Shown here: piece by piece, positions 31,836 to 32,000 of the stretch
Layout: every line of letters begins with the position of its first letter
Numbering within the stretch: the first letter of the stretch is position 1
DNA from: Candidatus Methylomirabilis oxygeniifera
Lineage (GTDB): Bacteria; Methylomirabilota; Methylomirabilia; Methylomirabilales; Methylomirabilaceae
Assembly: GCA_000091165.1 (NCBI GenBank)
Contig: FP565575.1
Location: 2,580,001-2,612,000 of the forward strand
Reading direction: 5' to 3'
Length of the DNA stretch: 32,000 bases
The notes under the pieces: model-generated
Databases searched by the model: none
The model's input: the letters and a program-made list of their open reading frames with translations, nothing else
Told to the model about the DNA's origin: nothing
Program-made: the position numbers and the translations under genes

Positions 31836-32000
31836 ATGCTGGGGTTTCAGCTTGCGATTACCTTCCACCTTGTAGGGATTATTTTCTGGCTTGGCGGCTT
31901 GAGCGCCAGACTGGTCCTCCTCGCCTCTGCCCAGTCCGGCACCGAGGCGGGATGGCGATCCCAACTCTGCCGGCTCCAGCGAAAGATTCACTTGATGATG
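31836..32000 (+). CDS. Hypothetical membrane protein, N-terminal 55 aa (runs off the window)
   Basis: ATG 31836 with an AAGGGGA RBS 6 nt upstream. Open to the window end. MLGFQLAITFHLVGIIFWLGGLSARLVLLASA looks like a TM helix. Not in the ORF track because it is truncated. The opposite-strand 82-aa ORF looks like its shadow. Confidence 0.4.
   Translation, partial: MLGFQLAITFHLVGIIFWLGGLSARLVLLASAQSGTEAGWRSQLCRLQRKIHLMM

Noticed and set aside
31743-31991. 82-aa minus-strand ORF at the right edge
   Set aside because: The Gly/Ala/Ser/Pro-rich translation has no RBS. The opposite (plus) frame, starting at ATG 31836 with a good RBS, encodes a plausible TM helix, so the minus ORF is probably its shadow.

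Overview
Gene-dense chromosomal window (about 90% coding) from a moderately GC-rich bacterium. I saw no rRNA, tRNA, CRISPR, IS element or prophage.

**Plus strand, nt 1-10200:** the 3' end of aspS, then the widely conserved block phoH / 7TM-HD phosphohydrolase (pgpH/yqfF type) / ybeY / dgkA / era / recO. A Zn-alcohol dehydrogenase follows, then a monocistronic, visibly lower-GC B12-domain radical SAM gene with its own sigma70-like promoter and a bidirectional terminator.

**Minus strand, nt 10239-31479, in transcription order:** glnD, aroE, then a type IV pilus core locus in the Geobacter/Myxococcus-like order pilB-pilT-pilC-pilS-pilR-pilA. This is followed by four minor-pilin-type genes (GspH/FimT-like, pilV, pilW, pilX-like), pilD, a GT2/GT4 glycosyltransferase pair, xerD and a Tim44-like protein. 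pilMNOPQ and pilY1 are absent. A partial membrane ORF starts at 31836 (+).

**Most unusual signal, not explained by gene calls:** 11 of the 23 gene junctions I could delimit are built from tandem arrays with an exact 7-nt period.
- A few sequence flavours recur: TAGGGTG, CTGTAGG, TCAGCnn/GCTGAnn, TTTCGGG/TTTCGAG, CCCCTAA, CTCAACA.
- Arrays are often paired with their reverse complement, giving hairpin potential.
- They often start at the upstream stop codon and end just before the next start codon.
- Two junctions (pilS/pilR and glnD/aroE) carry homologous copies of one composite palindromic element.
- xerD is bracketed by two G-quadruplex-competent (TAGGGTG)4 arrays in direct orientation.

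**Also notable:** near-consensus sigma54 (-24/-12) promoters lie upstream of pilA and, unexpectedly, pilT, next to the sigma54 activator gene pilR. The orphan radical SAM gene carries an internally duplicated C-terminal module.
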